Of a stretch of DNA of 64,000 bases, positions 13,716 through 27,650 are shown one piece after another. This stretch comes from Octopus vulgaris. Taxonomy: Eukaryota. The translations under genes were made by a program, and so were the position numbers. Each line of letters starts with the position of its first letter. Positions within the stretch are counted from its first letter, which is position 1. The stretch lies in NCBI GenBank assembly GCA_951406725.2, contig OX597822.1, positions 55,056,001-55,120,000 on the forward strand, written 5' to 3'. The notes under the pieces are model-generated. The model saw only the letters and a list, made by a program, of their open reading frames with translations. It was not told where the DNA came from and made no database searches.

Positions 13716-13815
13716 NNNNNNNNNNNNNNNNNNNNNNNNNNNNNNNNNNNNNNNNNNNNNNNNNNNNNNNNNNNNNNNNNNNNNNNNNNNNNNNNNNNNN
13801 NNNNNNNNNNNNNNN
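13716..13815. other. Assembly gap (100 N)
   Basis: Run of exactly 100 N. Confidence 1.
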
Positions 13816-14216
13816 TAAATATTGATATCTTACAGTTTTATCATTTTGTTTTTGTTACATGAGAGTTTTTTTCCACCATAAATCAACTGTAATTTCAATG
13901 TGAATTTCTTACTATCTCCTTAGTTATTTCATAAAGAAATACTACCTTGTTGAGGAATGGGTAAGGATTGGCAACAAGAAAGGGATCTGGGTGTAGAAAA
14001 TCTGCCTCAGTAAACTCCATCTGACCCATGCAAACAAAGAAGAGTGGATGTTAAAACGATGAAGATAATATTCAATTACAAATGTTTAAACTAATTTTGC
14101 TAACAATTTTAGAATTATAGCATTTCTTGAAAATAAATAAATATTTTTGTAAGGTGATGAACTGGCGGAATCGTTAGCACACCAGACAAAATGCTTAGTG
14201 ACATTTTATCCATAGG

Positions 14217-14280
<64 letters not shown>

Positions 14281-16253
14281 GGCAGCGAGCAGGCAGAATC
14301 GTTAGCACGCTGGGCGAAATGCTAAGAGGTATTTTGTCTGCCGTTACATTCTGAGTTCAAACTCCACCAAAGTTGACTTTGCCTTTCATCCTTTTGGGGT
14401 CGATTAAATAAGTACCAGTTACACACTGGGGTCAATGTAATCGACTTAATCCCTTTGTCTGTCCTTGTTTGTCCCCTCTATGTTTAGCCCCCTGAAGAAA
14501 TATATATATATGTGTATATATATATATAATAAATATTAGGGAATGAATCCAAAATTACAGGAAAAAATCAGATTTAGGGTTAAATCCAATTTTATAGTAA
14601 AATATTATATAATATAATTCGAGACAAAACCACTATTTTAAAACCAAACAAGAAAAGACTTAATCAATACATAAAATTTTAATATAAATTAAATAAACCG
14701 CCACTACAAATGTTTCATGTCTGCTACCGACAATCTTCAGGTGGATTTTCGATCTTCTAATCAGTATCAAATACTGATTAGAAGATTGAAAATCCACCTG
14801 AAGATTGTCATTTAGCAGACATGAAACATTTGTAGTGGCGGTTTATTTAATTTATATTAAAATTTTATGTATTAAGTCTTTTCTTGTTTGGTTTTAAAAT
14901 AGTGGTTTTGTCTCGAATTATATTATACTAGCAGTATCGCCCGGCGTTGCTCGGGTTTGTAAGGGAAATAACTATATAAGCATTTTTAGAGAGTTATAGC
15001 CAAAAAATAGCAAAAAATGCATTAAAAATGGAAAAAATATGATGGTAAATTTTTTTTTAAATCGTTGACTCATCGTAGACATTTTTAGAGAGTTACTTCC
15101 CTTATATAATAGCGAAAAAATGCATTAAAATGGAAAAAAAACGATGGTAAATTTTTTTTTTAAATCGTAGACTCATGTAGACGCTTTCTTAGCCATTTCT
15201 GTTTTGGTGTCTTCAAGCCATGAAGTCGTTGTTCTAAAAGAACACTGGTCTCCTTGACAACGCATTACGACGTTGATTTCCTTACACTCCCTTCCCCACA
15301 GGTGCAGGTGTGAGCGTGGACGCCAACTCCGCCGCCATCGACACACGAAAAATTATGCATTAAAATGGAATAAAAAATTATGTTAAATTATTTTTAAAAT
15401 CGTAGACTCATCGTAGACGCGCGCTAATATTCAGACGGGCTCGATATGAATCACGGCTATAAGCTACCCGAATTTGGTTAAACTGTACCGCAAAATGTGG
15501 GAGTAGTTAGGAATCTAAATCGAAGGGGACAGACACTCACACAACTACAGTTTTATATATATAGATATACATAGCGCAGTAGTGGTGAGATATGACAGCA
15601 AAGAAAAGCATACATTCACTCTCTGCATGCAATTAGACTCGGAAAGTTCGTGAGGAACCCATTGACCCAATTTGCTGACTTTTCCGATAGCACACAGGTG
15701 TCAATGAATGGTTGAATGACCAAATCCAAGCTTCTCTGCTAGTTCCTCAACAGTTACGATGATATTTTGTTCCACCAGGGTTTTCAGGATGTCCTTGTCG
15801 AGTTCTACAGATCTTTCAGGATGAGGCTCGTCTTCTAGGCTGTAGTTTATGGCTCGGGATTTCTGGAACCACCACTGACACTGCCTTACGCTTATTGTCC
15901 AATCCCCATATACTGTATTAATATTTCTTGTACTTTGCACACATTTATATTCTGTTATTGTTTTATATGTTTCAGCCTTGAGGTTGTGGCCATGCTGGAT
16001 CATGTGTGTGTGTGTGTGTGTGTGTGTGTCTATCTGTCTGTCTGTCTGTATGTATATATGTATATGTATGTGTGTGAACAATAATATTTTCAACAGATGT
16101 GTTGCAAATGTATCTGATTGTTCTCAAGCTTCAATACTGTGTGTGTATGTGTGTGTGTGTATGTATGTATGTATATGCATGTATGTATATGTATGTATGT
16201 ATGTATGTATGTGTGTATGTATGTATGTGTGTGTGTATGTATGTGTGTGTGTA

Positions 16254-16284
<31 letters not shown>

Positions 16285-19200
16285 ATGTATGTATGTATGT
16301 ATGTATGTATGTATGTATGTATGTATGTATGTATGTATGTATGTATGTATGAGTGTATGTTTACTTTATTACTAATTACTCTCTTCCAAGAACATTTTCA
16401 CTCACTCTTAGCTCTTAGCTTCCCATACATTTTACTCATGTATCTATCAGCGTCATAGACAGAATACTTTCACTTTAGTCTTCCTCAAATCACTCTGTCG
16501 CTATTTACTTTCATTTTATTCGTTGCCCACTGTGTGTGTGCGTTTGCGTGTGGTGTAAACCAGACTAAGAAAAGCATTTGACACACACACCAGAATCTGA
16601 GTTTTCTGTAAATTTTGCTTAATTGGAGTTTAAATTTTAAAAACTGGACCTGGCATGACGCGATGCATTGTACTCTTAAAAATGGTAGGTAAATTGTAAT
16701 TGAAGAAATCCTATATTGTAGATTTCTATAACTCCCAAAGGGAGGTAGATAAAATCTGCCTTTTATAATAAGAGATATACACATATATATATATATTTCT
16801 ATATATATGTATGCATCTGTATCTATGTTTGTTTTTGACTCCCCATCACTACTTGACAACCAGCATTGGTATGGTTACAACCCCATAACTTAGCAGTTCA
16901 GCAGAAGAGACCGAAATAAGCAGTGGGGTCATTCCATTTGACTAAAAATTCAAAGTAACGCTCCAGCATGGCCACAGTTTAATGACTGAAACAAGTAGCA
17001 GGTAAAAGATACAAAATAAAAAAGGAAGTTTATTTTTTGCATGTGCATTCTTATAACATGCACATTTTCATATATGCATTTTTGTGCAGATTATATTCAC
17101 AAAAGTGGAACGGTGAATCATTCTCTCATCTTTTTTGCATCCAAATTCCATGCTGGCATAGATTGAACAAGTTCTTTGAAGCAGTGCTTTCAGACCTGAT
17201 ACCCTTTGTTTCTAAGCCCTTTTAGTTGCCTTTTACAACATGTGGGGACATGGGTGTACTTTTTCTAAAACTGAGATATACATAGTTTAGAGAAGAATTT
17301 GTAAAATTTTTAAAAGTTAAAGCATTAAGTGCAACAATCTTGTATGCCATACTAATGTCATGGTACATGGTAAAGTATATTGAATATTTTTGCACAAGCT
17401 TTAGTGCACATACAAGAACCATAATGAAAGCTACCAAGTAATTGCTTTGGACTGTAAAGTTTGGGATCCTCCAGCAACTTCTGATTTAACAAGAAAAATA
17501 ACAGACACTTGTTAGCTGTGTGGTACGTAGCTTGCTTATGAACCACATGGTTCCGGGTTCAGTCCCACTGTGTGGCATCTTGGGCAAGTGTCTTCTACTA
17601 TAGCCTCAGGCCGACCAAAGCCTTGTGAGTGGATTTGGTAGGCAGCAGAATCATTAGCACGCCAGGTGAAATGCTTAGCAGTATTTTGTCTGCTGTTACG
17701 TTCTGAGTTCAATTTCCGCCGAGGTCGACTTTGCCTTTCATCCTTTCGGGATCGATTAAATAAGTACCAGTTACGCACTGGTGTCGATATAATCGACTTA
17801 ATCCGTTTGTCTGTCCTTGTTTGTCCTCTCTGTGTTTAGCCCCTTGTGGGTACTAAAGAAATAGGTATTTCGTCTGCCACTACATTTGAGCTCAAATTCC
17901 GCCGAGGTTGACTTTGCCTTTCATCCTTTCAGGGTCGATAAATTAAGTACCTGTTACACACTGGGGTTGATGTAATCGACTTAATCCCTTTGTCTGTCCT
18001 TGTTTGTCCCCTCTATGTTTAGCCCCTTGTGGGCAATAAAGAAATAAGAATCGTTAGCATGCCAGACAAAATACTTAGTGTCATTTCATCCATCTTCACG
18101 TTCAAATTCTGCCAAGGTCAACTTAGCCTTTCATCTCTTCAGTAAGTAACAGTTGAATATTAGAGTTGATGTAACCAACTTACCCCTCCCCTAAAACTGC
18201 TGGCAGTGCCAAAATTTCAAACCAATAAATTTAAGGGTTAAAAACTTACTTAGTAGGAACATAATATCTGCTGAAGCATTCATGCCATATATCTGATTGT
18301 CTACAAATAGAAAGAAAAAAAGAATAGAATTCACATGATTAAAAAAAAAAAAAGGTTTAGCTTAATTATTACAAGCATCACTAAGGTCTTAAAAGAAATA
18401 TGTTGTTTCCTGTATGTGTAAAAATAAACCATCCTCATCTTTTAACGTCTGTCTTCTATGCTGGCATAAATCGGACAGTTTGACCAGAGCTGGCAAGCCA
18501 GAGAGCTGCACCAGGTTCCAGTCTGATTTGGCTTGGTTTCTATGACTGGATGCCCTTCCTAACGCCAACCACTTTACACTGTGTGTTAGGTGCTTTTAAT
18601 GTGCCACTAGCACAAGCGCTTTTACATGGCACCAGCACAAGAGCTTTATTTCAATGGAACTGGCACTGGACTCTTGCAGGCCAATCTTCTTTGCCAAGGG
18701 ATGTAGCCTTCTGTTGATTCTGTACTCACTGTAACCTACTCAGAATAAAATTCTCAGTATAAGTGAGTGGACTGTAAATAACGCTGACTACAGAGCAGGG
18801 TATACTATAAACCCAACAAACAAAGCTGGGTGAACTGTAAACCTAATACAGCGTTGGGCGGATTGTAAACCTAAGAGAAAAATTCTCTCTGTTCATGGAT
18901 TTACATAGTGAATACCTATTTTCATTTTATTTCTCCTACCTTTCTAGGACATAACAAACGACAATAACTATCACTTATGAAGACCTTTTCATCCACTCTT
19001 ACATATGTTTAACCAATCTCTCTCCAATGACCAAATACTCAGCCTATGGAATTCTCACTCGACACTATGTTCCAGTAGCCGGGATATATTCTAGAGAACA
19101 GCTGTCAGAGACTATCTAAACCTTTTAGAGCTGGCAGAAACGTTAGCACACCGGGCGAAATGCCTAGCCGTATTTCGTCTGCCGCTACGTTCTGAGTTCA

Positions 19201-19978
19201 AATTCCGCCGAGGTTGACTTTGCCTTTCATCCTTTCGGGGTCGATAAATTAAGTACCAGTTCACTGGGGTCGATGTAATCGACTTAATCCGTTTGTCTGT
19301 CCTTGTTTGTCTCCTCTGTGTTTAGCCCCTTGTGGGTAGTAAAGAAATATATTATATAGCTAAAGTAAACGTCTTTGTCAAGTCTTACCTAACTGTTTGC
19401 TTCTCTTTTCTGCCTCAATATATATATATTAATGCTTGTTTTTATGTTCAGTTATAATAAACAATTTTACATTAATCTGATGAGTTGCTCTATACTTTTG
19501 AAGAGTTCAAACTTATTATTCTTACACAAGAATGTTGTTGACAGAGATTTGAAGTTTCAGCCAAAATTTCAAAGCCACTCTACTCTTTTACTTGTTTCAG
19601 TCATTTGACTGTGGCCATGCTGTAGCACCACTTTTAGTCGAGCAAATCAACCCCAGGACTTATTCTTTGTAAGCCTAGTACTTATTCTATCGGTCTCTCT
19701 TGCCGAACCGCTAAGTTATGGGGACGCAAACACACCAGCATTGGTTGTCAAGAGATGCTGGGGGAACAAACACAGAGACACAAACATATACACATACATA
19801 TATATGATGGGCTTCTTTCAGTTTCCATCTACCAAATCCACTCACAAGGCTTTGGTCAGCCTGAGGCTATAGCAGAAGACACTTGCCCAAGGTGCCACAC
19901 AGTGGGACTGAACACAGAACCATGTGGTCCATAAGCAAGCTACTTACCACATAGCCACACCTTGTCAACAATATTCTT

Positions 19979-20018
<40 letters not shown>

Positions 20019-22656
20019 CTATTCACACATGGCATATGCCCAAACGCAAACCTGGAAGTATATATAATACTACTACCGGGGAGTACAGGGCAAATCTGAA
20101 GGTGCCCACCCCCACCCATCACCACTTGACAACTGGTATTGGTGTTTAAATTCCTGTGATCTAGCAATTCAGCAAGTACTAGGATTTAAAAAAACATAAG
20201 TCCTGGGGGCGATTTGTTCTACGAAAACTCTTCGAGGCAGCACTCTTGTATAGCAGCAGTCAAATGACAGAAACAAGTATGAATGAAGTCGTTGCCAGTG
20301 CTGCTGGACTGGCTCCTGTGCAGGTGGCACATAAAAAGCACCATTTGAGCATGGCCGTTGCCAGTACCGCCGACTGGCCCTCGTGCTGGTGGCACATGAA
20401 AGCACCCACTACACTCTCGAGGTGGTTGGCGTTAGGAAGGGCATCCAGCTGTAGAAACTCTGCCAGATCAGATTAGAGTCTGGTGCAGCCATCTGGTTCG
20501 CCAGACTTCAGTCAAAATCATCCAACCCATGCTAGCATGGAAAGCAGACGTTAAACAATGATGATAATGATGATATATATATATATCTAGAGAGAGAGAG
20601 AGAGGAGAGACAGACAGACAGAGACAGAGAGAGAGACATTTTAAAAAAGGGTGAGGAGTAGAAATCCAAGCTGAAATAAACACACACACCCTCAAATTGT
20701 ATTCATCCAGTGTTATTTTGAAAAGACTTGTTGAACTTTTAGAAATCATTCATAAATCTGCATTGCTAACATAAGTGTACATATGTGTGTATTTATATGT
20801 GTGTGTGTGTAATTCGTTCTTATCATACTCCACCATCTCTCATCACTTTACATAAACTCATCAAACTCTCCAATTCTTCCACAGTTAAGAAGCCTCTTTA
20901 GGTCCTTTACTCTTGAAAGGAGTCATGGAATTACAAAACACACACACAATACATTCCGTAAAATGATTGGAGTTAGGAAGAGTATGAAGCCATTGAAACC
21001 ATGTGAATATAGACATTAGAACAAGACACAACCTTCCAAATCATCTAATCCTGTCACACTGTGATTAATATGTAGAATACCCTTAGTAATAGGTCTGGGG
21101 CTAAACTAACGATTTCTGTGTATGTGTATACATAATGTGGATATTTTCTGTTTGGGTGCACCTGTGGAAATTATAAAGTTTAGTGGAAATTTAAAAAATT
21201 TGGTGTATTGATTTAATTTTCCACACTGAATATCAGGAGATGGCTCATTTTTTCCCCAGAAAATTTTTTTAAAAAGTTCAGTCAGAAAATGGGATTGGAA
21301 GCTGTTATTTTGTATGTTGACAGCACATGTTGTCAACAGTAAACAAATGAAATATTGGAGGAATTCTACTTTACACATGCCATATAACCCCTCATAACTT
21401 TTTTTATTTTTTGGAATTAAAAAAAAAATTTTTGTGAATTAGTATTCTACACATGGGAATTCATGCGATTATGCAAAAAAAATTTGTGCATGATTTAAGG
21501 CCTATTTAGCTGTTATTTTTAGCACATCTTATACCACATGTTTCAAGCATTTAATAAGCAACAAAAAGAACATGTGGTGAACAGTTTGGCTTGTTACTAA
21601 GGAACAGGCACCTATATGACAATGGCTTTCGATTGGCTAAAATTACCCAAAATTTGCAAACTTTAAAAGCTATTAACTCTTTCTCTATTGATTTATGGTC
21701 AAAATGAATTTTATATCAATGATTACTCTAGAAAACTACATCAATTTTTGCTTCTTAGTCAATTAGACTTAGAGCCATTCACGTCATTTCTGTGTCCATC
21801 TATTTCTCTACACCACACGATTGAAAACTTTCATTTAGTTGTTATTTCTACATTTTCTATCTCTGAACTTTCTTGCATAGATTACTTCATTGAACTAGAT
21901 TCTACATATTGATTCTATGCATCATCATCGACCAGTAAATAAAATATATTCTTATGTAGTAAATATATATGTCTTGAATTTATTCTTCCGCTCTATATGA
22001 ACTCTTGTAATAATATACACGCAGCCACATCAACACCTGGTACTGACTATATATAATCACTACACATGCTAGAAATAGCATCTGTATTTCTTGTGAATAC
22101 ATGAATTTTATTAAAACTCACAGCTCTTCTGGAATGTGTAATGTAAGCGTACATGTGCAACAGAGTGCAAGTGTATTGAGAAAGAAGTTAGGCATAAGAG
22201 GTATTAAATGCAGTGTGCAAGAGTGGTGATTATGCTGGCTTGGTATTATGATGCAAATGGATGCTGACAGCTCCATAAAGAAGTGCAGATGACTCAATGT
22301 GGATGGAACCCGTGGAAGAGGCAGACCCAGGAAAACATGGGACAAAGTATTGAAAGACAACATCAGGATGCTAAAAATTTCAGACAAGATGACTTAGGAC
22401 CGAGATGCTTGACATCTTGCTGTACTCAAGAAGACCCGTTCCTCCACAGCAGAAGTGTTAAGGCTGCTGCCCCTGGTGAAGAGAATTGGCCAGCAAGAGT
22501 CCTGTGCCGGTGCCACCTAAAGTGGAGTACATAGGTCTGCTGGATCAGAACTTGGAAGAACTTTTTCTAACCGAGAAATCCTCCATGCAGTCAGTTCATC
22601 TATCAGAAATAACAATGGTTAATGTAAAAAAAATAGTGCAATGGGTGTAAAAAAAT

Positions 22657-23403
22657 GTGTGGAAAACGAATATGAAAAAAAATGTGCGCTGACGACCCTG
22701 GGGGGTGGGGAGGGGACTTTCGGAAAATTCACAAGATCCAATTTTTCCGTCATAACTTCCGGTAAAATGAATATATATTGATTTATTTTTACGGAATCCC
22801 ATGTTTTTGGTTATGGAGGATCCATTACTGAAAAAATTTTTTCGTGTCTTGTCCTTACCTGCGAAATGCAGAGTAGCCAAAACAGGGACAACTGAAGAAG
22901 GGGAATATTCCTTGTGTTGTATGTCTTGTACTCTGGTTTTTTGTTGTTTGAAAAAAAGTCCGTTTCCATGTTTTTGTTTTTATGTTTTCCGTTCTCATTG
23001 TGTTCAACGTTTTTTTGGTGTCCTGTACCCATATATGCATATGTTTATATATTATTTGGTTATATATATATATAACCCTCCCTGCAGTAATACGACAAAG
23101 TAATTCATGTGAAATTAATTTTTTTTTTTTTTAAGCTTTCCTTTTTAAACTTTTTTTTCCCCGAAATATGTAGCAAAATACGAAGATACGATTCTGAAAA
23201 AAAATTGTTTGTAAAATTTCAATGGTACTTGTCAATTGTCGTGGTCCCGGTTTTGCACACGCGAATTCGCGCGCGCGCGCGCGCGTCAGACGTAGGTACT
23301 CGATACTCGAGATCCTACGAGGTGACTTGCGCATGCGCAGTGCAGAATTCGCGCGTGCGCGTTAAACCCCCCTAAAAAAAAAAGGTGTTGGATTTCACTA
23401 ATA

Positions 23404-23440
<37 letters not shown>

Positions 23441-25908
23441 ACATTTTCAATTTTACACAAAAAAATTACATAGTCGCTTTCCTCGCGGATTTACAGAGAA
23501 ATGAATTAATTACTATTTTACAGAATAAAATTAATGAATTAATTATATAAATTAAATAATTCTTGAAAATTAATTAATATTAATAATATTTTTTGAACAA
23601 AGTAAATAATTTATAAAACTTGGTTAATAATTTTTTTTTACACAAACGCGAACGTATATAATTTGTGAAACTTTTTTTTTTTTACAGACGTATATAATTT
23701 GGTAAACTTAATGAATTAATTTCTTCTCATCATCATCATCGTTTAACGTCCGTTCTCCATGCCAGCATGGGTTGGACGGTTCGACCGGGGATCTGGGAAG
23801 CCAGAAGGCTGCACCAGACTCCAGTCTTATCTGGCAATGTTTCTACAGCTGGATGCCCTTCCTAACGCCAACCACTCCGAGAGTGTAGTGGGTGCTTTTT
23901 ACATGCCACCCGCACAGGTGCCAGGCGAGGCTGGCAACGGCCACGGTCGGATTGGTGCCAGTCGAGCGGCTCTGGCATCGGCCACGATTCGGATAGTGCT
24001 TTTTACGTACCACCAGTCCAGGGGTCCTGGCATTTGCCGGGTGCCACACTTGCCCCAACATGTCTTCGCAAGCAAGGGGGTTGGCATGGGTGCCTGTCGT
24101 GGGATGAGGTTCGATATCAACTTCGCTTGCCTCAACAGGTCTTTGTGTATAAATGTATAAATTTTTCGCACTAAATTCTTTCCGTAGAATTTATAAAAAA
24201 ACGCGCAAAATTATTCCGTAGACTTTATCAAATTAAAAAACGCAAAATTAATATATTTTTTGAAATTGCAAATTATTTAGAATATAAAACAAATTAAGTT
24301 AAATTTTAAAAATAAATGTCATATACTTATACTCTGTAAGGTGCTGTGTTCACACTTCAATTTACTATTTTCTAGAAATGTTGCTTTTCTAATTGAAACA
24401 ATTTTTCTCAATCTCCATTTAAAAGTCCATAATGCCTCTTGAGCCATATCAAAATGAACAACTTTGAATTACCCGGTGGTGGTGGTGTGAGGTTCTAATT
24501 TTTTTTCTGATCTCTCTTTGCCCCCCCTAGATGGAGGTGTGGTGGGGAGACAGATGAAAGATGTTTCATTCTCTACTATATATGTATATATATATCTATA
24601 TCTATATATATATATATATATATTTCTTAAACCTACACGATATAGTCTATAAATTTGGGATGTTTTTGAAAGATAATATATTTTGTCATCAGAATATATA
24701 TACTTTCTCACACTACAATTAAGATATATTTATTTTAAATCGTTCATCTTTTCCCGCGACAACAAAAATTGGGCGCGAAAATTTTTCTAAATATTAGCTG
24801 AATGAACAACTGAGATAAAGAGGGGGCAAAGAGAGATCAGAAAAAAAATTAGAACCTCACACCACCACCACCACCGGGTAATTCAAAGTTGTTCATTTTG
24901 ATATGGCTCAAGAGGCATTATGGACTTTTAAATGGAGATTGAGAAAAATTGTTTCAATTAGAAAAGCAACATTTCTAGAAAATAGTAAATTGAAGTGTGA
25001 ACACAGCACCTTACAGAGTATAAGTATATGACATTTATTTTTAAAATTTAACTTAATTTGTTTTATATTCTAAATAATTTGCAATTTCAAAAAATATATT
25101 AATTTTGCGTTTTTTAATTTGATAAAGTCTACGGAATAATTTTGCGCGTTTTTTTATAAATTCTACGGAAAGAATTTAGTGCGAAAAATTTATACATTTA
25201 TACACAAAGACCTGTTGAGGCAAGCGAAGTTGATATCGAACCTCATCCCACGACAGGCACCCATGCCAACCCCCTTTGCTTGCGAAGACATGTTGGGGCA
25301 AGTGTGGCACCCGGCAAATGCCAGGACCCCTGGACTGGTGGTACGTAAAAGCACTATCCGAATCGTGGCCGATGCCAGAGCCGCCTCGACTGGCACCAAT
25401 CCGACCGTGGCCGTTGCCAGCCTCGCCTGGCACCTGTGCGGGTGGCATGTAAAAAGCACCCACTACACTCTCGGAGTGGTTGGCGTTAGGAAGGGCATCC
25501 AGCTGTAGAAACATTGCCAGATAAGACTGGAGTCTGGTGCAGCCTTCTGGCTTCCCAGATCCCCGGTCGAACCGTCCAACCCATGCTGGCATGGAGAACG
25601 GACGTTAAACGATGATGATGATGAGAAGAAATTAATTCATTAAGTTTACCAAATTATATACGTCTGTAAAAAAAAAAAGTTTCACAAATTATATACGTTC
25701 GCGTTTGTGTAAAAAAAATTATTAACCAAGTTTTATAAATTATTTACTTTGTTCAAAAAATATTATTAATATTAATTAATTTTCAAGAATTATTTAATTT
25801 ATATAATTAATTCATTAATTTTATTCTGTAAAATAGTAATTAATTCATTTCTCTGTAAATCCGCGAGGAAAGCGACTATGTAATTTTTTTGTGTAAAATT
25901 GAAAATGT

Positions 25909-25945
<37 letters not shown>

Positions 25946-26447
25946 TATTAGTGAAATCCAACACCTTTTTTTTGGGGGGGGTTTAACGCGCACGCGCGAA
26001 TTCTGCACTGCGCATGCGCAAGTCACCTCGTAGGATCTCGAGTATCGAGTACCTACGTCTGACGCGCGCGCGCGCGCGAATTCGCGTGTGCAAAACCGGG
26101 ACCACGACAATTGACAAGTACCATTTCAATTTTTCAACAAGGAAAAAGATAAAGTATACCCTCAGGCCTTCAAGCAGGTTATGCACATGCTAGAAATAAC
26201 AGCCAAATCTCACAAAACTGCGATAACATAATAAAATTTTGAAAATGCGATTTTTGAAAATTGTTTTTCAGAATCGGATCCTCCATAACCAAAAACGAGG
26301 GATTCTGTAAAAAAATAAATCACTATATATCCATTTTACCCGAATTTATGACGGAAAAATCGGATCTTGTGAATTTTCCGAAAGTCCCGTTTCTACCCCC
26401 CAGGGTCATCAGCGCGCATTTTTTTAAATATTCGTTTTCCACACACT
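22657..26447. mobile_element. Older MITE with diverged ~170-bp inverted ends, hosting the foldback element
   Basis: 22657-22825 is a diverged reverse complement of about 26277-26447 (ggatcctccataaccaaaaac...ttttccacac). Confidence 0.7.
23224..26122. mobile_element. Non-autonomous foldback DNA transposon with ~1.3-kb TIRs and 8-bp TSD (Merlin- or MULE-like)
   Basis: Termini GGTACTTGTC...GACAAGTACC; ATTTCAAT at 23216-23223 and 26123-26130; near-identical arms 23224-~24525 and ~24822-26122. Confidence 0.88.
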
Positions 26448-26861
26448 TGCTTGTACCCCACAGACTGGTTTATTATTTTACTTTTTGTTCCCGGGTGGGT
26501 GAAGGTAATAGTAACTGAATGACCGAAACGAATAGGTAAATATTTAACAAGACAACACGTGCTCACAGAAATTACCCAGTAATTTGTTGACAAAATTCGA
26601 GTCAAAATGAAAGATAGCCAATTATTGTTTTCCTTTTTAGACACCATCGTTATATTATTGAATTAAAATAATTGACAGGGCCGTCTCAACAGCATAGGCT
26701 CCTGAACAAATCAATGCACTGGGCCCCACTGTATTTATATATTGAGAGCAAACCACAACAATCATTGATCACAAATGGTCCCCTAGACCATGAGGCCTCA
26801 GTAGACAACACTACTATTTTTCTATGTTAAAGTTTTCGGAAGAAAAATTTTATGAATGAAA

Positions 26862-27368
26862 GGTTAATATCTAGATCCGCACCCGGTGGGAAAAATGAGA
26901 TCCGCACCCGGTGGGAAAAATGGAAACGAAAATGTGTAACAGTTGTAAGGCATCGTATATTGACGGAATAAGACGGGAAAAAAGCGCGCTGACAAACGGG
27001 GGGGGGGGGGGGGCTCGGAAAATTGCCTACGATTTAAAGAAAAATTTACCATCAATTTTCACCATTGTGTTTCTGATTCGCGACCCCATGTCGAATTTAT
27101 CGATTTTTTTCAGAACTGGGAGAACTTTTCAAAATTTTTGCTGCGTTAGTTTTGAATTATGACATTGGGCTATGTGTGTGAAATGCGTTTAAAATGGTGA
27201 AAATTGATGGTAAATTTTTCTTTAAATCGTAGGCAATTTTCCGAGCCCCCCCCCCCCGTTTGTCAGCGCGCTTTTTTTTCGTCATATTCCTTCAATATAC
27301 GATGCCTTACAACTGTTACACATTTTCGTTTCCATTTTTCCCACCGGGTGCGGATCTAGATATTAACC
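26862..27368. mobile_element. Palindromic MITE with ~200-bp TIRs
   Basis: ggttaatatctagatccgcacccggtggg...cccaccgggtgcggatctagatattaacc; small tandem duplication in the left arm. Confidence 0.8.
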
Positions 27369-27650
27369 ATCCGATATTTTTGAAAATTTCTATACAGAAA
27401 TTTACAAATCGTAATACCCGTTGTTAAAAACATGAACCCGGAAAAATAAAAAAATAAAAAGAGGTAGTGGTGGTGGGGGATTTCGATACCTCCAACAAGA
27501 AATATTTAAAATGTTTTGGCTGTGTAAGTGCACTATTCAACGAAAAGCTTCGGCACATCATAATTCTCATCACAACGTTTAAGCAAAAATGCCGGTGTCT
27601 TGATGTTAACACTTGGATTTTAAAATGAAAATAAAATAAAATGAAATACT

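Larger units (their letters stand above)
1750..25781 (+). repeat. ~12-kb direct duplication (1750-13715 and 13816-25781) flanking the gap
   Basis: Sequence after the gap restarts at taaatattgatatc (= 1750). The ORF track repeats with an offset of about 12.07 kb. Differences are mostly homopolymer or microsatellite length. Confidence 0.97.

Noticed and set aside
26393-26647. 84-aa minus-strand ORF downstream of the Scm3-like gene
   Set aside because: No recognisable motif or clear acceptor; its 3' end runs into a MITE arm.
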